Below, piece after piece: positions 39,388-49,255 of a stretch of 64,000 bases of DNA. The stretch covers positions 11,719 to 75,718 of the forward strand of contig JAVRLB010000001.1 in the NCBI GenBank assembly GCA_031961865.1, given 5' to 3'. The DNA comes from Thermoplasmatota archaeon. Lineage in GTDB: Archaea > Thermoplasmatota > Thermoplasmata > Thermoplasmatales > ARK-15. The notes under the pieces were generated by a model, which had not been told where the DNA came from, searched no databases, and was given only the letters and a program-made list of their open reading frames with translations. Positions within the stretch are counted from its first letter, which is position 1, and the number at the start of each line of letters is the position of its first letter. Made by a program: the position numbers and the translations under genes.

Positions 39388-39801
39388 ATGGATATAATTG
39401 ATGCTGATGGACTGATAGTAGGAAGACTCTCATCGATTGTTGCAAAAAAACTATTGGATGGGGGAAATGTAGTGATAGTAAATGCGGATAAGGCTATAAT
39501 CATTGGAAGAAAAGATAATATTATACAAAGATACAAAGCGAAGTATGAGCGAGGATCTATAAGAAAAGGTCCTTTTTTCCCAAGGATGCCAGATCGTATA
39601 TTAAGGAGAACAGTCAGAGGAATGTTACCAATGAAAAGTTCACATGGCAAGAGTGCCTATAAAAACCTGATGGTTTACATTGGAGTTCCGAAAGAGTATG
39701 CAGATAGTAAGAGGGTAGTAATTGAAGAAGCGAAAAATGAGAAAGTTAAAGGATTCATGACTTTAAAAGAGATATCCAAGCAGTTAGGAGCTAAATTATA
39801 A
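39388..39801 (+). CDS. rpl13: 50S ribosomal protein L13 (uL13)
   Basis: IIDADGLIVGRLSSIVAKKLL...RTVRGMLP. Confidence 0.92.
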   Translation: MDIIDADGLIVGRLSSIVAKKLLDGGNVVIVNADKAIIIGRKDNIIQRYKAKYERGSIRKGPFFPRMPDRILRRTVRGMLPMKSSHGKSAYKNLMVYIGVPKEYADSKRVVIEEAKNEKVKGFMTLKEISKQLGAKL

Positions 39802-39820
39802 AAAGTGAGGGTAAATAAAT

Positions 39821-40219
39821 ATGAAAACGGTAGTATCAAGTGGGAAAAGAAAAACTGCCATTGCGAAGGCAGTAGTTAGAGAAGGTAAAGGAATTGTAAG
39901 AATAAACAAACAGTTGCTGGATGTATACACACCAGAGCTTGCAAGATTGAAGATCAAAGAGCCATTATTACTTATTGGTGAAAAACTTAATTCTATAGAC
40001 ATAGACATAAACGTATCTGGCGGTGGAGTAATAGGGCAAGCTGACGCAAGCAGAACTGCAATAGCAAGAGCTATTTTACAGTATTTTGACGATCCGACTA
40101 TTAAGGACATTTATAGAGAGTATGATAGAACGCTATTAGTAAACGATGTTAGAAGAAAGATGCCCAAGTTACCAATGGGTCGCGGTGCCAGAAAGAAAAA
40201 ACAGAAATCTTACAGGTGA
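39821..40219 (+). CDS. rps9: 30S ribosomal protein S9 (uS9)
   Basis: SGKRKTAIAKAVVREGKG...GGGVIGQADASRTAIARA...C-terminal KKQKSYR. Confidence 0.95.
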   Translation: MKTVVSSGKRKTAIAKAVVREGKGIVRINKQLLDVYTPELARLKIKEPLLLIGEKLNSIDIDINVSGGGVIGQADASRTAIARAILQYFDDPTIKDIYREYDRTLLVNDVRRKMPKLPMGRGARKKKQKSYR

Positions 40220-40226
40220 GAATACT

Positions 40227-40448
40227 ATGATAATTCCTGTAAGGTGCTATTCGTGTGGTAGGGTCATAGCTTCGGATTACATGAACTTTAAAGAGAAAGT
40301 TGATGAAATCCGGAAAAAAGAGAACAGAGATCCAACCGTGGAAGAGATCAAAAACATTTTTGAGCAGATTGGGGTCAGAAGATACTGCTGCAAAAGAATG
40401 ATAGTATCTCATATAGATCTGATCGATGAGGTTATTCCATTTGACTGA
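40227..40448 (+). CDS. rpoN: DNA-directed RNA polymerase subunit N (Rpo10)
   Basis: MIIPVRCYSCGRVI...RRYCCKRM zinc motif. The true start is the internal ATG of track ORF 40146..40448. Confidence 0.9.
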   Translation: MIIPVRCYSCGRVIASDYMNFKEKVDEIRKKENRDPTVEEIKNIFEQIGVRRYCCKRMIVSHIDLIDEVIPFD

Positions 40449-40456
40449 AATCAAGC

Positions 40457-40531
40457 GGGGCCGTGGGGTAGATTGGTCCATCCTACCAGCCTGGGGCGCT
40501 GGCGACCCGGATTCAAATTCCGGCGGCCCCA
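40457..40531 (+). tRNA. tRNA-Pro (anticodon GGG)
   Basis: Hand fold: acceptor GGGGCCG/CGGCCCC, anticodon stem CCAGC/GCTGG with loop CTGGGGC, T arm CCGGA-TTCAAAT-TCCGG, discriminator A. Confidence 0.9.
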
Positions 40532-40623
40532 TATTGACACAGTCATCTTTTTAACGAAAAGTTATAAATAAAGATATTGTATCTTGTTATAGATGCGTTC
40601 ATTGAAAAGAGGTGTGAACATAA

Positions 40624-41646
40624 ATGAACATGAACATAATTTTGAAAAATGTGCAGGAGGTAATAACCAGAAAGGAGCTTGAAGATCTAGCAGAAAGAGG
40701 TACTAAAATTAAGGGATATGTTGGTTTTGAGCCGTCAGGGTTTGTGCATTTAGGAACTGGGTTGATATGTGGCAACAAAATCAAGGATTTAGCAGATCAG
40801 GGAATTGATGTTACAGTATTGCTTGCAGACTGGCACGCATACATCAATGATAAACTGGGCGGGGACATGGACAAGATCAGGATTTCTGGGGAGTATATGA
40901 AGCAATCTTTCTTAAAGTTAGGTGTACCAAGCTCTGTAAAATTCATATTTGCGGATGAGCTTGTAAACCGAAGAGAATACTGGGAAAAAGTGATCAAGGT
41001 TGCTAAAAGGACATCTTTAAAGAGGGTAAAAAGAGCTATGAGCATAATGGGCAGAAAGGAGGATGAAGCAGATTTAGATTCATCAAAGATAATTTATCCA
41101 TTTATGCAGGTTGCAGATATATTTGATCTGGATGTGGATATAGCATATGGTGGCATGGATCAGAGGCATGCGCATATGCTTGCAAGAGAAATTGCACCAA
41201 AGCTTAACTATAAAGTTCCTATTGCAATACATACACCTTTATTACCCGGCTTGCAGGGAACTGGAAGAATGGATCCTGTGGAATCCAAGATGAGCAAAAG
41301 CAAGCCAAACAGCAGTATAAATGTTCATGAAAATGCAGATATCATACGTGCAAAGATCTCGAAAACATACTGCCAAGAGAAGGATATTATAAATAATCCG
41401 CTCTTGAAAATTGCGGAGTATATTATATTTCCATATTATAAAGACAGCATCACGATAAAAAGGGAAGAAAAATTTGGGGGGGATATTACAGTTAGCAGTT
41501 ATAGAGAACTAGAGCAAAATTTTGCAGAAGGATTGATTCATCCGCTAGACCTCAAAAACTCAATTGCAGATGAGCTTATTGAGATATTAAAGCCTACGAG
41601 CGAGTATTTTTCGAAACATACAGATCTGATAGAAGGAATAAAGTGA
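40624..41646 (+). CDS. tyrS: tyrosine--tRNA ligase (archaeal type)
   Basis: Collinear with my memory of M. jannaschii TyrRS: GFEPSG.VHLG, LLADWHAY, YPFMQVADI, GGMDQRHAHMLARE, KMSKSKP, EKFGGDITVSSYRELE, HPLDLKN. Confidence 0.93.
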   Translation: MNMNIILKNVQEVITRKELEDLAERGTKIKGYVGFEPSGFVHLGTGLICGNKIKDLADQGIDVTVLLADWHAYINDKLGGDMDKIRISGEYMKQSFLKLGVPSSVKFIFADELVNRREYWEKVIKVAKRTSLKRVKRAMSIMGRKEDEADLDSSKIIYPFMQVADIFDLDVDIAYGGMDQRHAHMLAREIAPKLNYKVPIAIHTPLLPGLQGTGRMDPVESKMSKSKPNSSINVHENADIIRAKISKTYCQEKDIINNPLLKIAEYIIFPYYKDSITIKREEKFGGDITVSSYRELEQNFAEGLIHPLDLKNSIADELIEILKPTSEYFSKHTDLIEGIK

Positions 41647-41651
41647 TAAAT

Positions 41652-42584
41652 ATGCTTGAAAAAGTTGTTAAAGATATTAAATTAAGTGAAGACATGAAAC
41701 TATCTGAGCTTCTAGAGTATTATAAGGAATCTGGAGGTTTTACATCAGCAAAGCTTGGCACTGCCGAAGAAATATTGATCAAAATGTTTAAGGACAAGAG
41801 CACCACAAAGTTTCTATCCTTTCCTGCAGATATAATATCGACAGGAACAAGAGGAGTTATTAAAGAGCTTGTAAAACGAAAACTGGTAGATGTTATTATC
41901 ACTACCTGTGGCACGCTTGACCATGATCTTGCCAGGTCTTTTAAGCCATATTATCAGGGCTCATTTATGCTTGATGATGCCATATTGTATCAGAAAGGCA
42001 TAAACAGGTTAGGCAATGTTCTTATCCCTAATGATAGTTATGGGATAATTATAGAATCAAAAATGCAGGAATTTTTAGAAAATTTAACTACTACAAAAAA
42101 AACGTGGGGTGTGCGAGAACTGGTTTACGAGCTTGGTAAATATATCAATGATAAAGACTCTATACTTTACTGGGCAAGCAAGAACAACATACCAGTATTT
42201 GTGCCGGGAATAACTGATGGTGCAGTAGGGTCTCAGCTCTGGAGCTACTGGGAACGAAACCGGGATTTTAGCATTGACTTGCTGCTAGATGAGCATGAAC
42301 TATCTGATTTTATTTTCAGTGCAAAAAAAACCGGTGCGCTGATGATAGGAGGTGGCATCTCCAAGCATCATACAATCTGGTGGAACCAGTTTAAAGGTGG
42401 ACTGGACTATGCAGTATATATTACTACTGCTGAAGAATATGATGGATCTCTTTCTGGTGCAAGGTTAAGAGAAGCGGTATCATGGGGCAAAATTAAAGCA
42501 AAAGCAAAGTATATAACAGTTGAAGGAGATGCAACTATAATATTGCCGATATTAGTCGGCTCAATAATTTCAAAATTAAGGTGA
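41652..42584 (+). CDS. dys: deoxyhypusine synthase
   Basis: ITTCGTLDHD, GITDGAVGSQ, IGGGISKHH, EAVSWGKI motifs. ATG at 41652 is 6 nt after the tyrS stop. Confidence 0.9.
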   Translation: MLEKVVKDIKLSEDMKLSELLEYYKESGGFTSAKLGTAEEILIKMFKDKSTTKFLSFPADIISTGTRGVIKELVKRKLVDVIITTCGTLDHDLARSFKPYYQGSFMLDDAILYQKGINRLGNVLIPNDSYGIIIESKMQEFLENLTTTKKTWGVRELVYELGKYINDKDSILYWASKNNIPVFVPGITDGAVGSQLWSYWERNRDFSIDLLLDEHELSDFIFSAKKTGALMIGGGISKHHTIWWNQFKGGLDYAVYITTAEEYDGSLSGARLREAVSWGKIKAKAKYITVEGDATIILPILVGSIISKLR

Positions 42585-42589
42585 TAAAG

Positions 42590-43363
42590 ATGGTCAAAAT
42601 AGGTATAATAGGTGGTTCTGGAATAACAGAGATGTTTAAGCCAGAAAGCACAAAGAAGATAGATACGCCTTACGGGCCTCCGTCTGGCGATCTAGAGATA
42701 GGCGAGATTAACGGTGTGAAAATAGCCTTTTTGCAGAGACATGGCAAAGGGCATAGAATTCCACCGCACAAGATAAACTATAAGGCGAACATATATGCGA
42801 TGTACAGCGAGGGTGTTGAAAAGGTCATAGCCATAAGCGCAGTAGGATCATTGAAAGAAGAGTACAGGCCTGGAGAGCTAGCTTTTCCAGATCAGTTCAT
42901 AGATTTTACAAAATCGAGAGAATACACATATTTTAATGGCCCAACAGTTGCACACATTTCTATGGCAGATCCATTCTGCGAGTCATTGAGGAGCATTGTT
43001 ATAAGCTCTGCTCAGAAACTGAATATTAATTCACATAAAGCTGGTACATACATATGTATAGAAGGGCCAAGATTTTCAACAAGAGCAGAATCTAAAATGT
43101 TCCGAAATTTTGCAGATTTAATAGGAATGACTTTAGTGCCAGAAATAAATTTAGCAAGAGAGCTTGGCATGTGCTATTTATCTATTGCAACGATAACAGA
43201 TTATGATGTATGGGCTGAAAAGCCAGTAACTGCAGGCGAGGTAACGAAAGTTGTTAAAGAAAATGAGTTTAAGGTGAAAAACATACTTAATGATTCTATA
43301 AAAGCTATTAATAATGATAATTCCTGTGACTGCAAAAAAGATATAAACATTGCAAAAATGTAG
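42590..43363 (+). CDS. mtnP: S-methyl-5'-thioadenosine phosphorylase
   Basis: IGIIGGSG, FLQRHGKGHRIPPHKINYKANI, GMTLVPE, ATITDYD motifs of the MTAP/PNP family. Confidence 0.9.
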   Translation: MVKIGIIGGSGITEMFKPESTKKIDTPYGPPSGDLEIGEINGVKIAFLQRHGKGHRIPPHKINYKANIYAMYSEGVEKVIAISAVGSLKEEYRPGELAFPDQFIDFTKSREYTYFNGPTVAHISMADPFCESLRSIVISSAQKLNINSHKAGTYICIEGPRFSTRAESKMFRNFADLIGMTLVPEINLARELGMCYLSIATITDYDVWAEKPVTAGEVTKVVKENEFKVKNILNDSIKAINNDNSCDCKKDINIAKM

Positions 43364-43375
43364 GATTTGAACAAA

Positions 43376-44602
43376 ATGAAATTTAAATTTTTTGGCGGAG
43401 CCGAAGAGATCGGAAGCCTAGGCGTATTATTAGAGCTTGAAAAAAATAAGATTTTGATAGAGTATGGAATAACACCCACAAAACCTCCTGCATATCCTAT
43501 CGAAGCTCCTAATGTAGATGCAATACTATTAACGCATGCGCATCTAGACCACTCAGGAATGGTACCATTTCAGTCTAACAAATATAATATTCCAATATAT
43601 CTGACTGCAGTCACTAGAGATCTGGCTAGACTGCTTTTTTACGATTCTGTGAAAGTAGCAGACCTGGAAGGTTTTTATAGTCCTTACAACAACGAAGATC
43701 TTGAAGCAATAGAAGAAAATTACATGTCAATAGCATACAACAAATCATTCATGATCAAAGATGTGGAGATCACAGGGCATTCTGCAGGGCATATTCCAGG
43801 ATCAACAATGTATATGATTGATGATTCTCAAAAGATCCTTTTTACTGGAGATCTGCAGACTATAGATACAGAACTTCTCAAAGGATGCAAAAGTTATTCT
43901 GCAGACACACTTTTTATCGAATCAACATACGCGGGAAAAGAGCATCCTTCACGTGCAAGTACAGAACGCGAATTTCTGGGAAAGATAGAGGAAGTACTTG
44001 ATCGAAGAGGAAAGGTAATAATTCCTGCATTTGCAGTGGGCAGAACTCAGGAGCTTATGCTGGTTCTAAAAAAACTGGATCGAGAGTTTTATGTAGATGG
44101 TATGAGCAATACTGTAAACCATATTCTAAAACATTATCCTGGGTACATCAAAGATGCAAAAGAGTTCAGTGAGGTCAGAAAGTTAGCCATTCCAGTGACC
44201 AGAAAAAAAGATAGAAAAGAGGCACTGGAAAACGGTTTAATAATAACTACCAGCGGTATGTTAGAAGGTGGTCCGGTGCTGGGGTATCTGGCACAGATAA
44301 AAGATGACGCTAAAAATGCAATATTGTTTACAGGATATCAGGTAGAGAACACTAATGGTAGAATGTTACTGGAAACAGGTATACTGGATCTGTATGGAGT
44401 AAGATCCAGAGTAATGGCCGAGATACACAAATATGATTTTTCAGCGCATGCCTCGCATTCTGAGCTCGTAAAATTTATAAAGAGCACGAAGGCAGAGAAT
44501 GTGGTTCTGTTTCATGGAGATCACAGAGAAGCGTTAGCACAGGATCTGGACAGTAACGTAATACTTCCTGTTAAAGGAGAAACGTATGAGTTAAAAGAAT
44601 GA
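43376..44602 (+). CDS. MBL-fold beta-CASP ribonuclease (aCPSF2-like)
   Basis: HAHLDHSG metallo-beta-lactamase motif. Beta-CASP motifs (FSAHASHSEL, LFHGD). About 410 aa without KH domains. Confidence 0.8.
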   Translation: MKFKFFGGAEEIGSLGVLLELEKNKILIEYGITPTKPPAYPIEAPNVDAILLTHAHLDHSGMVPFQSNKYNIPIYLTAVTRDLARLLFYDSVKVADLEGFYSPYNNEDLEAIEENYMSIAYNKSFMIKDVEITGHSAGHIPGSTMYMIDDSQKILFTGDLQTIDTELLKGCKSYSADTLFIESTYAGKEHPSRASTEREFLGKIEEVLDRRGKVIIPAFAVGRTQELMLVLKKLDREFYVDGMSNTVNHILKHYPGYIKDAKEFSEVRKLAIPVTRKKDRKEALENGLIITTSGMLEGGPVLGYLAQIKDDAKNAILFTGYQVENTNGRMLLETGILDLYGVRSRVMAEIHKYDFSAHASHSELVKFIKSTKAENVVLFHGDHREALAQDLDSNVILPVKGETYELKE

Positions 44603-44606
44603 TAAG

Positions 44607-45251
44607 ATGAGCATAAAAATAATAAATTATGTGGTAGGCGCATTGGAAACGAACTCATATCTTGTTTTTGATACTGATACAGGAGAGGCGATGATCATAG
44701 ATCCAGGGTCTGAACCAGAGAGACTTTACAAAAATATAAAAGATGAAAATTTGCACTTAAAATATATTATAGCCACACACGGTCATTTTGATCATGTTTT
44801 AGGCGTTAACAGATTGAGGGCTTTAACAGGAGCAAAGTCCTGTATTAGTGCCAAAGATATAGAAACTATGAAATATTTACTATCAAGAGGGCTTTTTGTT
44901 GTAACATCAGAATCGATAGAAAATCCGATATTCGATTTTTATATAGATGAAAACAGCGACTTTAAGATTGGAAATACTATATTCAGAGTGATTGCGACTC
45001 CAGGGCATAGTCCTGGTGGTATATGCATTTACACTGAAGGAATACTGTTTTCCGGAGACACACTTTTTTATAGAGGCGTGGGAAGAACGGATATTCCGGA
45101 GGGCAATGATAAGCTATTACAAAAATCACTTTTGAAATTGATGGAACTAGATTCAGAGACTGTTGTATATCCCGGTCATGGTCCTGCTACCAAAATAGGG
45201 GATGAGAGAAAATACAATCATTTTGTTTTAAGTATATTAAAAAATAAATAA
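44607..45251 (+). CDS. MBL-fold metallo-hydrolase (glyoxalase II-like)
   Basis: ATHGHFDH, TPGHSPGG, GDTLF, PGHG motifs. Confidence 0.8.
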   Translation: MSIKIINYVVGALETNSYLVFDTDTGEAMIIDPGSEPERLYKNIKDENLHLKYIIATHGHFDHVLGVNRLRALTGAKSCISAKDIETMKYLLSRGLFVVTSESIENPIFDFYIDENSDFKIGNTIFRVIATPGHSPGGICIYTEGILFSGDTLFYRGVGRTDIPEGNDKLLQKSLLKLMELDSETVVYPGHGPATKIGDERKYNHFVLSILKNK

Positions 45252-45292
45252 AGTTAAAGAACATGTATGAGTTCTCTCTTTTTAGATTGTAA

Positions 45293-46621
45293 ATGTCAGT
45301 AAACGATAAAAAACGCAGGGATATTACAGCTAAACAGAATAAGAAGTATCTCTGGTTTTTAAGTTACGTACTATCCAATATTTCCAGTGGTTTAATAAGC
45401 CCTCTTATTCCTCTTTTTGTAGTTTTATATCTTCATTCGAGTGTTTTTTATGTTGGCCTGGCATCTTCAATTGCGTCCATAGCTACTGTTCCTGCACTTA
45501 TATTCTGGGGTAATCTTTCGGATGCTATAGGAAAAAGGAAAATATTCATAGTGATAGGATTTATAGGTTCATTTGCCTCTTTGCTTCTAGTTATTCTGGC
45601 GCATATGATATGGACATATATAGGAGTGCTGGCACTATTTCAATTTATTGCAATGGCTGCAACTCCGGTCTCTACACTATTAATATTAGAAAATACCAAA
45701 AATGAAGAATGGGCAGCAATGCTCGCCAAGTTTAACTGGTACTCATATATTGGGCTTATTATTGGTCTTATCTCCGGTACCTTACTTATATGGACTTACG
45801 CATCTGGATCTGAAACTATACTACCAATGTTATATGTACTTTCTGCTTTGGTGTACCTGAGTGCCGGCATATCTGCAATAATAATACTTCCAGAATCTGT
45901 GCAAAAACTGAAAAGATCTGGATTATCAATTTTTTCAGTTCGTTTAGTAGAGAGAATCAGATATTTTCCAGGTAGCATTTTGCACATTATATCTTTAAAA
46001 AATCTTAAGAAAAGTAAGCCATTACTCCCAAAAACACGCAATTATATTTTCATCACCGCTTTATTGATGTTAGGATTTCAGGTTTTTTTTGTACCTTATC
46101 CCGTATACTTGATTGAAAAACTGAATGCAACTGAAAATCAGATATTTATAATGTATCTTTTAAATAACATCTTCTCTGCAATAGGGTTTAGGGTAGCTAA
46201 TAGATACGTCACTAGATTCGGGCTCAGAAAAACAATTTCAATGTCTCTTTTCACGAGAATGTTCCTTATAGGGATTGTAGCGGTTATTGCTTTTATATCT
46301 ATATCCACAGTGTCAATACTATACCTGTTTATTCTTATATACGGGCTTATGGGATTTACATGGAGCTTTATTGGGCTTTCATGGGTTACATCAGTTTCAA
46401 AGATCGCATTGCCTGAAAATAGAGGAAAAGCTATTGGTTTTTATAACTCGCTTCTTGGTATAGGGCAGGTTGCAGGAGCTTCAATTTCAGGAGTGTTAGC
46501 ATATTACATTAGCTATAGTTTTGATTTTTTGACAGCTATAATTATTATATTTATAGGTTCAATCGTAATTTCGGGCTTTTACATACACAATCCAGAGATA
46601 GAAAAGACTACTGCTACATAG
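45293..46621 (+). CDS. MFS transporter
   Basis: About 12 hydrophobic segments. GNLSDAIGKRK loop 2-3 motif. Confidence 0.8.
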   Translation: MSVNDKKRRDITAKQNKKYLWFLSYVLSNISSGLISPLIPLFVVLYLHSSVFYVGLASSIASIATVPALIFWGNLSDAIGKRKIFIVIGFIGSFASLLLVILAHMIWTYIGVLALFQFIAMAATPVSTLLILENTKNEEWAAMLAKFNWYSYIGLIIGLISGTLLIWTYASGSETILPMLYVLSALVYLSAGISAIIILPESVQKLKRSGLSIFSVRLVERIRYFPGSILHIISLKNLKKSKPLLPKTRNYIFITALLMLGFQVFFVPYPVYLIEKLNATENQIFIMYLLNNIFSAIGFRVANRYVTRFGLRKTISMSLFTRMFLIGIVAVIAFISISTVSILYLFILIYGLMGFTWSFIGLSWVTSVSKIALPENRGKAIGFYNSLLGIGQVAGASISGVLAYYISYSFDFLTAIIIIFIGSIVISGFYIHNPEIEKTTAT

Positions 46622-46753
46622 CTTAAAGTTAATAGAAAACTCTAAAAAGTAATAATATATATATTACCTTGTAATATTCATTAAATATAGTTAGGGAAGT
46701 CCCTATTGAAATATTAGAAAAAAAATATCTGGAAAAACAAAGGTGATTTAAAG

Positions 46754-47977
46754 ATGATAGACCAATTTATGATAAATATAAAAGATGTGAAAGACGCAGA
46801 GAAGACTTTGAAGGGTGTTGCAAAGTTGACACCAGTGGAGCATTCAAGAATATTTTCAGAAATGTCCGGGAATGATGTGTATCTAAAACTTGAAAATTTA
46901 CAGACTACAGGCTCATTTAAGTTAAGAGGCGCATATAATAGAATGTATCATGCTACCGAAGAAGAACGGAAGAGAGGGATAGTAGCGACGAGTGCGGGCA
47001 ATCATTCACAGGGAGTTGCTTATGCTGCCAAATTATTGAACGTAAAAGCCACAATTTTCATGCCAGTTTTTACTAGTCCATCAAAAATAATAGCAACAAA
47101 AAACTATGGTGCAGAAATCCAGCTTTATGGAGAAACATACGATGAGTGCAACAAAAAAGCAATTGAATATGCTGAAAAAAATAACAAGGTATTTGTCCAC
47201 TCTTTTAACGATCCTTATGTCATAGCAGGCCAAGCGACGATTGGGATGGAAATTTATGAACAAATAAAAGATCTGGATGCAGTAGTAGTTCCAATTGGTG
47301 GTGGGGGTCTAATTTCAGGCATAGCATTTGCATTAAAATCTCTCAACAACAAAATAAAAGTAATCGGTGTAGAAGCTGAAGGAGCTTCATCCATGAAATA
47401 TTCTGTAGAAAAAGGAGAAATAGAGCCACTGGTAAAACTTGATACTATTGCTGATAGCATTGCTGTAAAAATACCAGGGCCATTAACTTTAGACATGGTT
47501 AAGTTATATGTGGATGAGCTTTTAACAGTTAAAGATGAAGAAATAGCAAATGCCATGTATTTGCTTTTGACAAGAAATAAAATGGTAACAGAGCCTGCAG
47601 GTGCCGCTTCACTGGCTGCTATTTTGTCAGGGAAGATAAAAATGAAAAATAAGAAGATTTGCGCAGTGATCAGTGGTGGTAATGTGGACTTTAATTTGCT
47701 CACACAAGTAACGCAGAAAGGCCTTTTAAACGAAAAACTCATGATAAAGATATCTGTGACTATTCCAGACAAGCCAGGTTCTCTAAAGCAGATATTGAAC
47801 TATCTCTCAGAGAGGCAGACAAATGTTCAGGATATTTCGATCGATAGAATTGAAAACGATGTGCCGGCAGGAATGGCAAAGATCAATATTATAGTGCAGA
47901 CTATTGGCGCTGAAAATATCAGAGATATAGTTAACTTTCTGAAAGCGCAGAATATAGTATTTAAGATATCAGATTAA
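46754..47977 (+). CDS. ilvA: threonine ammonia-lyase (PLP-dependent) with a C-terminal ACT-like domain
   Basis: PLP-lysine motif TGSFKLRGA, GNHSQGVA, GGGGLISG. The C-terminal approximately 80 aa is regulatory-domain-like. Confidence 0.88.
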   Translation: MIDQFMINIKDVKDAEKTLKGVAKLTPVEHSRIFSEMSGNDVYLKLENLQTTGSFKLRGAYNRMYHATEEERKRGIVATSAGNHSQGVAYAAKLLNVKATIFMPVFTSPSKIIATKNYGAEIQLYGETYDECNKKAIEYAEKNNKVFVHSFNDPYVIAGQATIGMEIYEQIKDLDAVVVPIGGGGLISGIAFALKSLNNKIKVIGVEAEGASSMKYSVEKGEIEPLVKLDTIADSIAVKIPGPLTLDMVKLYVDELLTVKDEEIANAMYLLLTRNKMVTEPAGAASLAAILSGKIKMKNKKICAVISGGNVDFNLLTQVTQKGLLNEKLMIKISVTIPDKPGSLKQILNYLSERQTNVQDISIDRIENDVPAGMAKINIIVQTIGAENIRDIVNFLKAQNIVFKISD

Positions 47978-47986
47978 AATTTAAGT

Positions 47987-48017
47987 AAGATAGATTGCAT
48001 ATCTATCTTATATTTTT
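47987..48017 (+). terminator. hairpin plus T-run after ilvA
   Basis: Perfect 9-bp stem AAGATAGAT (47987-47995) / ATCTATCTT (48001-48009), 5-nt loop, then ATATTTTT. Confidence 0.3.
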
Positions 48018-48452
48018 GCAGGTATAAAACATAGCTGTTTTAGTGGCTATTTTACACTATTTCAAAGGTAACTTTGTCGCTGAAGCAGGAATCCCACTGT
48101 GTCATATGGGATGAAAAAGACTTATATTGCATTAATCAGACATCGTTTATAGATGAATTCAGTTATTCTACTACATTTTCCTGCAATATAATTGATAGCA
48201 CATATGTTGATATTTTCTTTTTTGTATCTACAGTCATTTGATCTGAGCTGGGTCCAAAAGTTATGCAGTAAATACCGGTTTTTTTATTTAATTTACATAG
48301 AGCCTCTTCGCAATGCTGAGTAATGTTTGTAAACGCCGTTTTTGGTAAAATCTATTCAGCATTTACAGTCAGAAAAGGTTTTTTGAAATTACCTTTATAA
48401 AGAACAAAGTTTATTTAGTCACTTAGAAATCATCATTAAACTGGTGATATGA

Positions 48453-49106
48453 ATGATTAAAGGAATAATTTTTGATATAGATGGCACCATTTTAGATTCA
48501 TTTGAATCTATTTACCTTTCTCTATCAAATATACTTAAAAAATACAATGTTGAGGATCTAACCAGGGAAGAACTAAAGGCAATGATGGATTATATGTCAT
48601 TTGAAGATATAGTCTTAAATTTAGCAAAGAAATATAATATTCTTGATTCTGAAAAAATATTAGAGTTGAGTAAAGATTATATAGCATATTTTAAAAAATC
48701 GATAAAGGTTGATTCAAAGATCTTTCCAGGAATAGATTATGCTATTAAACTACTATCAGAAAGATTCAAATTAGGAATAATTTCTTACAATCCAAAAGAT
48801 ATTGTTAAAATACAATTATTAGATTTTGACCTATTAAAATATTTTCCATTTGTAATGGGGTATGAAGATGTAAATGGTCACAAAAGAGCTGGAATTATAG
48901 AATTTTCCAGATATTATGGCATAGATCTAAAAGAGATCGTATATATTGGGGATCAGCCGAAGGATATAATAGAAGCACGGATGGCTGGAGCAAGATCTAT
49001 AGCAGTTACTTACGGAGTCAGTAAATATGATACATTGTTAAAAGAGCATCCAGATTATTTTGCAGATAATGCAGAAGAGCTCCTTGAAATTATTCAAAAA
49101 AATTGA
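48453..49106 (+). CDS. HAD-superfamily phosphatase (phosphoglycolate phosphatase-like)
   Basis: Motif I IIFDIDGTILDS. Motif IV YIGDQPKDI. 217 aa. Confidence 0.85.
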   Translation: MIKGIIFDIDGTILDSFESIYLSLSNILKKYNVEDLTREELKAMMDYMSFEDIVLNLAKKYNILDSEKILELSKDYIAYFKKSIKVDSKIFPGIDYAIKLLSERFKLGIISYNPKDIVKIQLLDFDLLKYFPFVMGYEDVNGHKRAGIIEFSRYYGIDLKEIVYIGDQPKDIIEARMAGARSIAVTYGVSKYDTLLKEHPDYFADNAEELLEIIQKN

Positions 49107-49185
49107 AATGCTATATTTCCGTCATATAAATAGATTGAACATTTTTTCTTATAATAATATCTTTTTTAGAATTTTTTTTAAAAAT

Positions 49186-49208
49186 TATAATAATTTATAA
49201 TTATTATA
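49186..49208. promoter_or_regulatory. perfect 10+3+10 palindrome, candidate operator upstream of the aminotransferase-RLP operon
   Basis: TATAATAATT-TAT-AATTATTATA, 48-70 nt upstream of ATG 49256. Confidence 0.25.
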
Positions 49209-49255
49209 CTAGACTTTTAATAAAGTATATATAGAATCATTTGAATTAATTTTTT

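Noticed and set aside
40149-40532. 127-aa ORF on the minus strand
   Set aside because: It begins inside the reverse complement of tRNA-Pro (MGPPEFESGSP... is the typical tRNA-antisense artefact) and runs antisense to rpoN.
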